From: Thalia democratica
Taxonomy: Eukaryota
Reading direction: 5' to 3'
Assembly (NCBI GenBank): GCA_965202585.1
Contig: OZ241827.1
Span: forward strand, 26,784,001-26,848,000
Length of the DNA: 64,000 bases
Shown: positions 1 through 13,900 of the stretch, one piece after another
Numbering within the stretch: position 1 is the first letter of the stretch
Layout: each line of letters begins with the position of its first letter
The notes under the pieces: generated by a model
Told to the model about the DNA's origin: nothing
Seen by the model: the letters and a program-made list of their open reading frames with translations, nothing else
Database searches by the model: none
Translations under genes and position numbers: made by a program

Positions 1-1
1 C

Positions 2-598
2 CACTGCAATGATTTTGGGATAATGAGTGTTTGTGGAGAAAAACAAGCTCAAAAACTAACAGATATGTTACAAAATGGAATAGGTTACAATAGTTTATAT
101 AATACATTGTTTTGTGTTTCAGATGATAAACAGTGCCAGCAATACATAAATACTTGTTATTTTAAAAATTTATATGAGAAAGTAGTAGAAAAAGTAATGA
201 AAAGCAAACAGGGCCCTTCTAAAAATGTTTTTATTCAAAGTTTGAATTGTCAATTAATTTTAAAAGCTCAACCCAACCACAATTCTGATCATGAGACTGC
301 TGAGTGGATAACTCTGTACGACAAAACACATATGGAATATGCTTTTAGAAAAATGATGTTTTTTTCTGACAGAGAAAGAGGTCAAACACCTTGGAATAAG
401 ATATTTATTTGCCCAAAGTTTTTAGTGGGTTATGTAGTAAAAAGATTAATGCAAGTTAATGTTAACATTAGTCATGTTGGAAATTTTGACGTTGGAGATG
501 CCTCTGTAACTGAAATTCGTGTGTCTTCTAATAACAAGCCTTTTGTAAACTTAATTGGAGCTAGAGCCTATTTGAATTATGATGGCATGCATAATTAG
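2..598 (+). CDS. PGAM5-like: PGAM5-like histidine-phosphatase-fold protein, catalytically degenerate (5' end outside window)
   Basis: The frame is open from the window edge (HCNDFGI precedes the ATG at 23). CGEKQAQKLT resembles PGAM5 LGREQAELT, HMEYAFRKM resembles RIEAAFRNY, and KIFICPKFLVGYVVKRLMQ resembles EIFICHANVIRYIVCRALQ. The C-terminal ~60 aa are roughly half identical by eye to the neighbouring ORF. No intron in the visible part. Confidence 0.75.
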   Translation, partial: HCNDFGIMSVCGEKQAQKLTDMLQNGIGYNSLYNTLFCVSDDKQCQQYINTCYFKNLYEKVVEKVMKSKQGPSKNVFIQSLNCQLILKAQPNHNSDHETAEWITLYDKTHMEYAFRKMMFFSDRERGQTPWNKIFICPKFLVGYVVKRLMQVNVNISHVGNFDVGDASVTEIRVSSNNKPFVNLIGARAYLNYDGMHN

Positions 599-1122
599 CC
601 TTAGTTTTATAAAGCAATTTTTAGTTGTTTAAAAGTGTAAAAAGTTGCTAAAGGTAATGATTAAAGCTATATTTTATGGTTTCATATATACAACAAAAGC
701 TAAATTGATATTCAATAGTTTGAATTTATTAAGTTTTGTTTAAAAAACTTTTTATCAAACTAAACAATGACCTGGGTAAAAAATATGACTTTTTTTTATA
801 GCTTAGTCACAGTTAGCTAAAAATTTTTGTTCTTTACTAAATAAAGTTTTTTTTTGTTTCTGATTTATGATAATGAAGTTTAATTAAACATCTTTATTAT
901 CAAAATAGATGAAAAAGTATTATTTTTTGAAATAGTTAAACTACATATTTTGAGTATTATACATAATTTTTAGCTTATTAGTTTCTTTAAGAATATATTA
1001 CATGTAGAGTATTAATATAACACTAATTTCAGACAGTTTTTCTTAAACAAAATAAGTTTTTAAAGTTTTGCAGTATAGTGTTCATTTGTAGTGAGTAGTT
1101 TGGACAGTTAATAGGTTCAATT

Positions 1123-2037
1123 ATGTTTAGAGCAGCACTAGTAAGTGGGCTACTTGCTAACAGTAAAAAGTTTTTAAAGCCAGCTCATTGTTCAGATGGA
1201 ACAGGTGATGCACCTCCAGCTCAATTATTTGAGTTAGTTAGAGATAACTACGAAGTTGTTGGTAGTCTGTTTCAACGCAATAAAAGTCAATGGGATGAAA
1301 ACTGGAACTTATCTAAGATGGAGCATGGATACTGTCGTTATTACTTTATTACTCCACCTGAAACAGATCCATACAGTAGTTTTACATACCGTGGTAAACA
1401 ACAAACTACTAAGTTGCTTAACTATATAATTGATAATATTATTGACAATCATATTGAATCTCACAATTTTAAGTTTTCCATATCTGACGACCATAAATGT
1501 CAAAAATTTAAAAACACTGATTTGTTTAAAAAGTTTTATGAAAGGTTGACAAATTTCTTGATTGGAATTAAACAACCAGGGCCACATGGGCATACAGGGG
1601 CACCTCATCTTTTTCAAGGAGCCATGAGACGCTTACCACCTAGAATGTTTAGACAAAATTTGGAGAACATGTTCACACCTAACTTAATGCCAGTTTCTAC
1701 AGTTAAACCTGGGACTGTTGTAGAAGACCAAGATTATGGTCTGGATAAAATGGAGTTTGGCTTCGGAGAAGTATTTTACTTAGATAATCAACGTGAAAAA
1801 GAAGGAGATAAGAACCATTGGTGTGAGATTTATATTTGTCCTAAAAACTTTGTCAAATTTGTTGTAACAAGATTGATGCAGATGAACATAGACCATAACT
1901 ATGGAAGATTTGATATTGGTGATGCCACTGTTACTGAAGTTCGAGTGAATAAAAGTAATGATGTTTTTCTTCAGAGTGTAGGAGAGAAAACTTTTCTTGC
2001 ACCATATCAGGAGGAAAGTCCAAGTTATAGACAATAA
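1123..2037 (+). CDS. PGAM5-like: PGAM5-like pseudophosphatase, 304 aa, intronless, probable mitochondrial presequence
   Basis: WDENWN matches the PGAM5 WDxNWD motif. CRYYFITPP aligns to TRHIFLIRHS, GKQQTTKL to GREQAELT, LFQGA to LREGA, EIYICPKNFVKFVVTRLMQM to EIFICHANVIRYIVCRALQF, and VFLQSVGEKTFLAP to VALRTLGDTGFMPP. The N-terminal 24 aa are basic with no acidic residues. Alignments are from memory of human PGAM5. Confidence 0.8.
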   Translation: MFRAALVSGLLANSKKFLKPAHCSDGTGDAPPAQLFELVRDNYEVVGSLFQRNKSQWDENWNLSKMEHGYCRYYFITPPETDPYSSFTYRGKQQTTKLLNYIIDNIIDNHIESHNFKFSISDDHKCQKFKNTDLFKKFYERLTNFLIGIKQPGPHGHTGAPHLFQGAMRRLPPRMFRQNLENMFTPNLMPVSTVKPGTVVEDQDYGLDKMEFGFGEVFYLDNQREKEGDKNHWCEIYICPKNFVKFVVTRLMQMNIDHNYGRFDIGDATVTEVRVNKSNDVFLQSVGEKTFLAPYQEESPSYRQ

Positions 2038-5000
2038 ATATGAGAACATTATATTTGCTTAGTCTTTGTTAAGAAAACTTGTAAGTATTTTTTTGAATAT
2101 AAAGTTATTATCACTTTATTTTAAGTACTTTGTTGCCTAATGTTATGCTTCTAGTTTTGAACACAACACTTTTTATGACAAATGCTAGATTTTTGTATTA
2201 ACAAAGTATTCTTAATGGTACCTTAGTCTAATAAATGTTCAAAACTTAATGTTTTTTTTATTACTAAAATAATATTTTTTTAAATAAATTAGTTGTTAAA
2301 AAAGTAAATGATTTAGAAGCCTTAATGCTTAAAGCTGAGTTCTTTATACTGAGGTTTAGCATTTATGTTGTTAACTTGAAAAATAAACTATACAATAATT
2401 AGTTTTATATTTTTTAGTTTTGTTCATGAAAAAGTGTAGCTTTATTTAAAAGTGTCTAATACATAAAGAAAGTTTCTAATTTTTTTCCAGATCAGTAGTC
2501 TAAAGTAGATACTTTTTTAGAAGTTAGTTACTTGAAATTTATTTATATACTTATTTGATTTACAATACTGTTTGTAATTAGTTTGATATCAATAAATTAG
2601 AATTTTATTTTTAAGTATATAATAATTATTAACATAACACAAACATAACAAAAGCAAACTTGCTTCAAGTAGTAATTAAAATATAAGCATATAGGAAAAT
2701 ACATTTGAAAGTTAGTTGTCTGTATAGCTGTGGCAAAGTGTGATAGTGTCATAAGGGATGCAGGGCAACATTAACTACCTTAAATGGCTTAAATACATTG
2801 ATACTTATTTATAGTTATTTACATAAATGTTTAAATCTGTTATAAATTCCAGATCTAGCACAACTGCATATTTAGAAACAAAACCCAAAAACATTTCAAG
2901 TAGTTTAAAATACTGCGGGTATATTTTTATCACAATATAATAATTAATTGTTCATACAAAAATAAAAAGTAAAGTACTACAAAGTACTACAAAATAATAT
3001 TTTACAATCATTTTAGTAGACTTTTCTGATCAGTTTCAAAACCTTTTTAAAACAAAATCCTTTAAATTAAGCATCTAAAACTAAAAAGCATTATTTAGGG
3101 TTGTCACACTTTCAGGCTATTTAAAAAAAAAATAATGTCAACCTAGGTAAGATAAAACAGTTTTGTTCATTTTTAAAACTATTTAAATGTTTTTCATAAA
3201 CTTAGGCTAGCTTAAGTTAAGATTTCAAAATATTGAGTAGACTTTATTTTTTAATTAAATTCAGTTCTAGCATCTAGTTTTTGTCTGGTTTATAGTAATG
3301 GGTTCAATTATTTGTTAGAAGCCTATTTTGATATAGCATTTTAAGTTTTATTTAAATATTGAAATAACTGTTTATGAACATAATTTAAACAGATAAGATT
3401 TAAAACAAAGTGTAATTTTACAACATTAAATAAAATCTGTTGTTTTTAATGCTTTTAAAAGCTATGCACAGTAAATTATCATAAAGCAAATTGTGTACAA
3501 AGTTGACTGTAAAAAATATAGATTATAATTATTTAAGTTTTATTTGTAAGTTGATGAAAATGATTGATATTTTATTAATATACTTTTCTTTTTATTATTT
3601 AAAATTAAATTGAACATGAGGTATCAGTAGTTTGGGCCAGTGGCAATGTAATTTTTAAAGATAAACTAAAATTCAAGATAGTTTAAGGTCACTCAGTTTA
3701 GTTTTTTTGACTCAAAGAGTGGCAATCCTGTAATAAATGTGTATTTTGTATTTAGTTACATGATAGCGTTTAGTAAAAGTTTATTGAATAAATATGGAAT
3801 GCATTAAAGTAATGTTAATTCTTGTAAAGATAACTGTCCCCTCTGAATTACTTATATATTAACATAAATACAAATAATATTTGTTTTCACTAGATAAGAA
3901 CTGAACCTATAATACGTTTCCAAAGACTAAGATTTATAGTAAAACTTACTAGTCTAATAGTTGGGCTGTATTAAGTTTAATAGAGCAAAATTTCATAAAA
4001 CTTGAAACTAAATAAAATTTTTCTTAAGCTCACCTTTAGAATGTATATAAAAATGACAAGTATAATTGTGATTTCTTTAATTTAGTAATGCACTTTGTTA
4101 ATGCATATATGTTTCTAAAAGATGCGTGAATGTTGTAAAGAATGTTTTATTGCTTATATATTTTTATAAATTGTAAACAAATCATGTTTAAGATCTAGAC
4201 CAAGATGTCTTGTGTTATTTAATACCCAGACCTGTGTAGAATGTACCACTTCTAAAACTTACATTGTTTTTTGTTTTTTCTACAAAATATAGTTCTAATG
4301 TACTGTGTTTTAAAATAAAATTTTGATTCATATTCGGTTAATATTTATTTGTATGAAGTTTAAATATTGTTAAACTTGAACTAATAATTATAAATTTCAC
4401 TAGAGTAGAAACACGAATCTTTTGTATGCTTTTTTGGACAAAAAGCAAACTAACATTAATATTTAGCTCTTTTATACTAGCTATTTTAATTTATACTTTA
4501 CAATTTTAAAAGTTACTATGTTCGCAAAGACTTATAGTTTTTGAATAAAGTTGACCTTTTCAAATAGTTTTACTATTTGAAAATAGATAAAGTGTATATG
4601 CAATACGTGTTTTACTATTGTTTTAATATAACAAAAATCAAAGCACTAAAAAATTTTAGACATTTATTTCTAAAGTCAATGTTGTTCAACTAGTTTTGTT
4701 ATTGTTATAATATTAGTGGCTGTAGAAAATGAGAAAATAAACTATCAAACATTTAGTGCTAGTTTTAGAACTTAAAATATTAGTAAATCTTTCTATATTT
4801 ACTTAGTCTTTTATAAAGTTAAAGCTATTAAAAATTTTAAATGTTTTTTATTCGAATGTTTATTTGGAGCAATTTTTTTACAATTAATAGTTTTAAAGTT
4901 TCGTTATAGTTGATAAATTACTATTTATTATAATAAAAATAAATAAATTAATTATATAGCACTAATGCTTGATTATATTAAAAGTATTTTATTGTATTTG

Positions 5001-7932
5001 TTTTAATTATTTAAAATTGTTTCTTTTTTACCAATGCCAGTTCTTAATTTAACCTTAATATTTCTGTTTAAAGTTACTTTATAAAACTTTTAATAAAATT
5101 TGTCTTTTAAGTTAACGTATTTTTAGCTGTTAATTAAAAGGTTAAGAATTGTTTAAAAAAGATACAAAAGTTTGTAAAATAAATGACGTGTCGGGTCTGT
5201 GCTTAATAAACGTATTTTTTGTTGAAAATTGTACATTTTATTCTAATATATTTTATCACAAGTTGTTGTAAAAGTATAGTTTAGTAACAAAAATGTATTC
5301 TTTCATCTTTAAAATTTTAGTCGTATCAATTTATAATATTAATTTGCAAGAATCTTACTTCTTACAAGTAAAGTCTTAATAAACTGTTTTAATTTTAAAT
5401 CAACACAAAGTTAACTAGTTTTTTTTTTAAGTCTAGTAACCAGCACTTTAAAAACGTAGTTAACGAATTCGGTTAGAACTCTTAACATTTTTTAGTTAGC
5501 CTTAAAAAGCTTAGAATTTATTATATAATCATTATTTTAAATTTTTTACTATATGAATTATAATAGATGTTTTAATTGTCTGTTTTAGAATATTGTAAAA
5601 GGCCAAACATAAAGTTCAGAAGTGTTATTAAGTTTGATAAAAAATCATAAGAAATAAAAATTTCTGGAAAAATTGTAAAACGTATACAAAGTCATGAAAT
5701 ATTGTGGAATTTAAACGTCTTTTTTAACCTTCGAAAGTGATTAAACTTTTATAAAAAAGTTAATGTATACCTGATTTTCTTTTGTTCGCCTTGATTTATA
5801 TACATACACATAAACAGTCGCAAAGTTGTTAGGTTCTTACTTTATTCTATTTCGTTTCATTTATTGATTTAAAATGTAAAGTTTTTTAAAAACTTAACTA
5901 AACTTTGGTAATGAAAGCTTTTTACATAGAAAGTTTAATAGAATTTAGTATTCTATGTTACTATACATTGTTATTTTTTGTTCTTTAAACTCTTTTGAAA
6001 TTTACAGAAAGCTTTGATGATTCAAGGTCTTTTTTAAGTGTTTTAAGTCTTTATGTATTATAAATTGAAAAACTTAGAAGCAAAATATATTTGTACAGTA
6101 TTTTGTTGAATACTTGAAAAGTGTTTTTACCCAAACAAACTAAAATGATCTAAATTAATGTCTCCATATTTTTGAACAGTCTATTTTTGCAAAGATCACC
6201 ATTTGAAAAAAATAGTTGAGTTTTTAAGTGTACTGTTGTAGATTTTTTTCAATGCTTTTTTAAACTAGTTCAAAATTAAGTAAACATTGCTAGTTCCAGT
6301 TGGCTTATAATAAATATTATTAGTGCTTAAATGGAAGTGGGAAATAATGATGTAGGCAAACATCTCAAGAACTTTGAAATTTACAACACCATTGCATTTG
6401 GACCTGACTGTATTATATCAAGTTCAAATGAACCTAATCTGGATGTTTTGTTAGTTTTTGTTCTGTCTAGTTTAAAGTTGTCAGAGGTCATGGCAGGATT
6501 ATAAATCTTAAAGATCTAGACAAGAAATGCCTTTTTGAATCTTGAAATAACCGTTTTAGAGTGTAATTTATTTTGCTTAATTGTGTTTTCCTTCTATTTT
6601 AATAAAAGAAAATAGAGTTTTATGAAGTTTATACTGTAAATATTAATTAAAATATTTACATTTTATTGCACAGTTTATTTCTAATAAACAAATAAGTTGT
6701 TAGTTGACTTGCTTAAATTTAGATATAATTAAAAAGAAAAGTAAAATATTAAATAAAAAGTTACGAAGCTATATAAAATCTATATCATTTTTACGTTCAA
6801 AGTTTTTTATAACTTTATATAAAACTGCTGTAATTTAAACAAATAAAATGGTTTAAGCTTTTATAGTTAAATACAATCATTTTTATTCAAATTCATATTT
6901 TTAAACTTTTCAAAAACTTGTTTTTCAAGTTTTATTTTGTTAAGTATATTGTCATATAGTGTTATAAAAAACAGAAACAAAGTGGACTATTACTGGTTTG
7001 TGTCACAAAGCAATGGATGTGTTGAGTGTATAGTGAATAAAACCGGACAAAAACGTAGTTTGATTTATGTCTACTTTTTAAATATTGTTTATTAATAATG
7101 ACATATTTCAAGTGTTAGAAAGCTACTACAATAATCACATTGTATAAACAACTTTGTTAAGCTAATCTTACTGAATCTTTAGCAGTAATGATTATATTTG
7201 TTAATTGTTACTAACTTATTAAGATCCTTGCATTTTTTACAAAAGTTACAGTTGGTTACATAAGCTACAAAAGCTTTTATAATAAGTATTAAATTACAAA
7301 GTATAATACATAGTTAAAACAACATCCAAACTAAATTAAATTTTTTATGGTCAGTTTAGTAAAATAATTCTACTAAGATGTATAAAAGGCAAGTTTTCAT
7401 TATCGACTTTTTCAGAGTTTTAAAAGCTCATTAAAAGTCTACATTTTGAAAACTTTATGTTATTAGATAAAAAATTTGAAATAAAAAAGCTATAAAAGCC
7501 TTACGTATTGATTAAAAAAGATCCTAACAATAATAAATTTTACACTTAAATAAAGATTTTGTATAACACATGTAAATATATTTTATAAATTAATTAGAGT
7601 ACTGATAGATTAAAGTTAAACATTTCTCAAACTGTTTTTTATTACTTACTGTTAGTTTAAAATTTTAAGTTCTAAACTTCAAAAACGAACTGGACAATAA
7701 GCATGTACATTACTTTAAAGTGTTGACTTCTTATAACTTTATCAAAAAAAAAAAATTGTGGTTTAAATTTTTGTTTTTTTAAATGAATCAAATAAATTGT
7801 GGCGCTAAGAAAAAAGTTACAAATATTTAAAATTCATACCACAAAGTTCTAAAATTTTATATTTATAAATCGCATCAAGTTTCACGCTAGAATTTTGCCT
7901 TAAAAACTTATGACAATTGAGCTTGCTTGCAG

Positions 7933-10900
7933 CGAAAACAACGAATCCGAACTGCGTGATCACGAGGAAGCACCGCAGGATTGAAGCTTACTGCTGCATG
8001 GTGTGCAAGTCTTCCTTCATCACCGTCACCCAAGCGCTCATACACTTCAAAACCATGCACAGGTTGCAGTTTGTAGAGAAGCGTTTGAATAACTTTAAGT
8101 TTTTTTTTATGTTACGTCTGTTTTGCTGCGCTAGAATTTTGGAAGAGTTGAATATAGGGTAGAAAGAAGAATCTAAAAATTGAATCAAAATGTATAATTT
8201 TTGATTCAATTGTAAGATTCTTAATGAATTCCTTATATATAAATAACTTATATTTTAAAGATTATTTTTTCAAAAGTAAAGATAACCTCTTAAAACGTTT
8301 AAACTATTTTACTTAGGTGTTCTTAAGATTTATTAATTATGTTTTTCTGCTATCAACAAGTTTATAAAAATCTTGAAAAAGGGATCATTAAAATAAAAGA
8401 TAAGTATTTAAAATTTAAAGTTAATAGTTTGATAATAAAGATCCTAGCGAAACAAGTTCACTGGAATATATAATAATAAAAAAATCAAATAGTTTTCTTT
8501 CTTTATTACACTAACACATGTTTCTGTGTGTTAACAAGTTCAACACATTTCAACGGAGCTCTGTAAAAAAATAGAAGCTAGAGTACGTATATATATATAT
8601 ATATATAAAATAAGGTTAATATTCAAACTTGAACACCTTCTACTGAGCCCACCTAAAGGGCTTTTAAATAATTTATTTATATGACGATTTTTAAAATACC
8701 GGAACATATGTTTCATAAAGACAAAAAAGATTGTCTTTATCTTCAGCCAGTTCAAATTTAAAATAAAAAGCACTTTGGTAAACAAAGATGCAAAAGTTTA
8801 CAAAAAAACAAAAACAATATGACGTAAGAATTGAACATTGTACATTACAAATATTCAGTACAAAAATCGATCTACCATCTAACTAATCAAACAATTAAAA
8901 TTAACAAAAACAACAGTTAAGTGACCATAAAATACTTCAAAATTTGTTGTATTTTAAGTGGAGCTTTTTCATATGTCGACAAGACGATATGAATTCACTC
9001 CTCTTATTTAAACAACCTTCCTTTTTTAACGCATACATAACGGCTGTTGATTCTTTTAAGCACAGCCTAAAAACATGGTTGTTTCCATCTGCTATTGGAT
9101 TTATATATATATATGTTTATTAAAATTAAGAACATATACTCTAGATTATTGTACATTAATGGTTGATAATAGATAAAATATATAATTTTAATCTGATTGT
9201 TATAAAAATATTTAATGTTTGTAATATTGAGTCTAAATTGTAATATAGTGAAATAAAATATAGAATAAAATAACCAATCATAATATAAAGCGCTCACATA
9301 AAAGTTTAAGAACTGCTGGTTCATAAGATTAAACCGTCGTTAAACATTCAAAATAATATTTAATAATTACGTCACGATATTACGCTCTAATACATTAAAA
9401 AAAAAGTCATATACCTTGCACTGCAAACTAGATAATTCATTCTTTATGTTTGGAAAAAACAGTAAGGCACTTTAATTAAATTTTTTTTTTTACAATTATT
9501 TTAAATTAATAACAAGTAATCTATTGTAAATAAAAAGAAGTGAAACGACAAGCATTAGTTACTCAATTAATAAATTAATTGTTACTTTTAGGTAATTAAA
9601 CAGGTAACACACAGAAACATGTGTTAGAGTAATAAAGAAGGAGTACTGTTTAAATTTGCTATTTCAATATTTCAATTTTAAATACTTCAAATGCTTATTA
9701 CTATTGTGTTGCAGGCCGAACAAGAAAATTTTCATACAAAACCAAGATATGCAGCAGGAGGTTCAGACCTCGCCGATCATCATGGGCAAGTCTTCCCTGC
9801 AGCTGAGGAAGACGCATTCGGCGTCCGTGCTGAGAAGCTGCAACAACGTACACACCACTGAGGTTTCACGATCAATTGCAGTTTTTATTGAAGCACTAAA
9901 TGTTTTTATCTAGTTTGAATGTAAAATTTAAAAACGAATATTGAGTATGGTTTTTATAGAAATTCATTTTGGAAGTTAAAATTACCTTTTGTTTTAGTTA
10001 AGATTTCTAAAGCAATTATCGTTGTATTGGTAGAAGTTTTGTTTGAATAAATCTGGAAACATTATACGTTAAGTTTTAAAGAAAATGTTACCTCATATTT
10101 ACAAAATTATGTATTGTTTTTCTAGTCTTTTAAATTAAAATCTGTTTGATATTAAAACTTAACAGTTTATTAAATATAACTTACCAAGACTATCAGCTTA
10201 TTTTATGAAAACTTTAATTTTGCTTACATTTAGAATATTAGAGACACATAAAGCATTCCAATGTAATTTTTAATAACACATTACGTTTATATTAAACTTT
10301 TGTGAATATAAAAAATAAGCAAATGCATACGCAAGAAGTTTAAGATAGCTGAGTAAGTTAATACTTACCAGATTTACTTAATCTTTAGTTTTAACTTTAA
10401 CCTCAAAGCCAAGTTCACTTTTAACATTTTCTATTTTCAAAACAATTAAGCAAATTATCAAAGTCTAACTTTGCTAAAGCTATAGCTTTTATCGTAAAAA
10501 ATAATTACTTTCTCAATAAATTTAAGTGAGTGCATTTTTTTTTAAGTATTTTAAATATAAATTCTGAACGTTTTACCATAAAAACGGTTCTTTGTCTTAT
10601 TTTTGAAATTACACTTGAAAACATTATATACAAATTTTACTTATAGTTGTAATAGTAGCTGTTGAAATTATTATTAAATGAATTACTATAAAAACGTTAA
10701 TCATATGCTAATGACAGTCGCAATATTTTCACCTTGACTTTGATGAAAACGCTGTCGATATTGTTATTTGCAAATAATATATGTCATACTAAATAAACTA
10801 TTAACATTTATTTTTCAAAACACTACTGTGGTTTTTTTTAAATTCTCTCCACTATACTTTTTCTACAATAGTTTTACTTTACTAGAAACTTTTTAAATAT

Positions 10901-13900
10901 TATGCCATGGTAATACTGTAAACTTTAAATTTATTCAACTTCTTATGATAAACATATTAAAACCTAATACATATTTAAAATAAATGTAATTTAACTATAT
11001 TAGTTATAGATAATACGAAATTTAAATACGTTCTGTATTTTTGTTGTTATAAGCAAATTTTATTTCTAACAAACTTGAATTTTTTTTCAAAGATAGGCGT
11101 CATATACTATTTTTTGTTATTTTTTCATATTTAAATCTCTTTGAAAAGTACTTTAAAAATGACTAGCTAACTGTTCAGTAACCTTTCAGTATTTATACAA
11201 TTATCCAGCAAATTTACAAATATTTTACCACAAGTAATTCCTTACAGCCTGAACCTTCAACAAACATTTCTCCGGAATTAAATCTGAATGCAGCCAAAGT
11301 CAAGGTGGAAACCGAAATTTCCGTAGAAACCGAAGAAAAAAAATCATCCCGAGTCAATTCTCGTGAGTAATTATGTGACGTTAAAGTTGCCTTAATCTGA
11401 GTTTAATTTGCTGTTTACCTTTGGAGGCCTTGCCGAAATGTTTTATTTATTTTGAGAAAGGCTCACCTGTAAACAATGCATGCATTGTAATGACTTTCGG
11501 CTAAGTTTTCATGGTTAAGTGTATTTTGCCAATAAAAGCGTTGGTGTACGTTTGTTGAAAATTTAACCAGTTTACTTACAGCTTAGTATCAAAAGAAATT
11601 TAGTGCAAAATAAGATATTGTTATACATAAAAACTACATTTTGATATTTTTTTAAGAGTAAGTAATTTTTTAATACAGTAAACTGTGTTGTTTTAATATG
11701 CTTAATTTTTTTGTTAATGTTTTGTAACAAATAATTTTAAGGGTTAATCATTAAATATATAAGAGTTCTCTGTATTTTAAAAAGTATACAAACTAAAATT
11801 TTCCATGTAAACTATAAAGTCAACAATTAAAAATTCTTTAAATGAAACCTTTTAAGTTAAAAGTTAATTAACAAAGCAGTTTGGTTAAATGCCTAAGATT
11901 GTATTTAATCTATAAGAACTGTGTTTAATCTTTAAAAAACTCTATATTAATAGTCTAAATAAAATGCTACCACTAATTAAATTAAACTTGTGGTGGTCAA
12001 GTTTAACATGTGATTATCCAATTAGTTTCAGTACGACTTGTATATGCTGACCAATGGAAAACTGAGATTTTGAATGTAATTTAACGACTTGTAATTAACT
12101 TGTTTGAACTTGATGCTAGCTCAAAGCAATGAAAATTTCTCATGACTAAAACTTAAGCCCATTAAAAGCAGTGAATTTAACATTGGTTATATAATAAATA
12201 ATTTTTTCACGCATTTTGCTTATATATCAATTGTTGTCTATGTATTTAAAATATCTATTAAATTAACGTTAATATAAAAACTTTTATATGTTCTAAATAT
12301 TACTTTTCCTAGAGTTTTTACTTATTTAGTTTGACATTTTTAATCATACTTAAAGTAAGTTATTATATTTCATGCCTTTCCTAAAAGGCCATGAACTAAT
12401 TGTTTACAAAAAATTAAAAAAAAGTAAAGCTAAAAACTATATATATACTCTTCCGTAACTTACTTTAATATATTGTTTATTCAACGTAATGCATGTAAAT
12501 TCTTATACTATGAAAATAAATAAGTACTAGTTTCGAAAGCAGTTCTGTCGTCTCTAGTTTACGAGATAATAACATTTAAAATCTTAATTTCTTAATAGTA
12601 TGATAATATATATTTATCAAAATGTTGTTAGTATTTAAAAGTTTGTTAAATACACTAAGTTTATGTTTAAAAACAAGTTAAAGCTAATAAGATCCTTGAT
12701 CTTTAAATAACTCTCATATAGTCTACCACTTTTGTTGCTGTATAATAGTTTAAAACAATTGTAAATTTACAATTTTAAGCCTTTTTTGAGAAAAATTATA
12801 TAAGCTTGTTGTTTTATTTTAAAAGTTATCAATTTTATCTTTTTATAACTATAGTAACTTTTTTTAAACTTATTAGAAATGTTTTCGCTTTTAAACTACA
12901 TCAAATTATAAAAAAATAAGTTGATTTATTTTACAATAATTATATACAATTTTATTAATTTAACGTAATTACTTGAAAAATATTTTAAACACGTTGAATA
13001 GTTAGTTTATTAACGTATTTAGGGTTTAAATTCTTTATAAAGTACTTTTATTTCAATACAACTTTTTGTTATTACATATTTCAAATTTTTACCAAGACAT
13101 ATGCTAAAAATATACACTTTAAAATGTTTAAAAAGACTTATTCAATGATTTAAAATGTTTTTCAATAAAGTTATTACATTTAACAATTTTGAAGTATAGT
13201 TATGTTTATCTTGAAGAGATCTTTTTTAATCATCTTAGGCTAGAACAACAACGTAGGTGTAAGTATTTGTAATACACTTGTTGTTAAACATTGAGAGTAT
13301 TGTTTTAGCTGCTACTCAAGCTTATAAGCTCATAACGTAAAGTTCAGTTTTAAAGTACGTCTACAAAAATATTATTTTTTTATGAATCATAAGTCCTTCA
13401 AACTATTTTTTTTCAAAAGCTCAACGTGCAGTTGACTGCAGCGAACTGCCAATTGAAACCTCACAAGCGTGCCTTGCCATATCAGACGCGTTCAACGCCA
13501 AACAGCATCTCGTGTCTGCCTTGAAATTTTCCGGCGACAACTCAACTGTGACCGCATTGCAAATCGACCAATCGAGTGTCACCGCCCTGTCGCCTCAAAC
13601 TAAATGCTCCAACCACCGTGCCTCATTCGAGCATCAAGGTTAGCAGAAACTGAAGCGTTTGTAGTTTACGTAGACGTTTTTATGCACATCGTTTATTTAA
13701 ACTATGGTCAAGTAAACATTAGGGTAAAATATGCAAATTGTTATTTTTGCCAAAACACATGAGTATTACTTTGAAATGAAGCTGTAGTATAGTTGTTGAA
13801 GTTTTTAGGGTTAGGATTCCGTTCTAACTTGAATAAGTAAACTAATACTACTTTTTCATCTGTCAGAATTTTTAAGTTGAGGCTTACTAAATTAAGTTGA

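Noticed and set aside
3094-3146. TAGGGTTGTCA...TGTCAACCTA, resembling hAT-Blackjack termini
   Set aside because: Only ~50 bp with imperfect ends and no TSD; cannot be distinguished from chance. The lone TAGGGTGAC near 16485 also has no partner.
2720-3740. Slightly GC-richer patches that could be exons of another gene
   Set aside because: All frames close within ~20 codons and no phase-consistent chain could be built on either strand.
4557-4583. 11-bp-stem AT-rich hairpin (a similar one at ~11980-12005)
   Set aside because: Short A/T-rich stems are expected by chance at this base composition.
5181-5206. ATG-initiated MTCRVCA*, echoing the CRVC of gene B
   Set aside because: It stops after 7 codons and has no usable splice site; probably coincidence around a CRE half-site.
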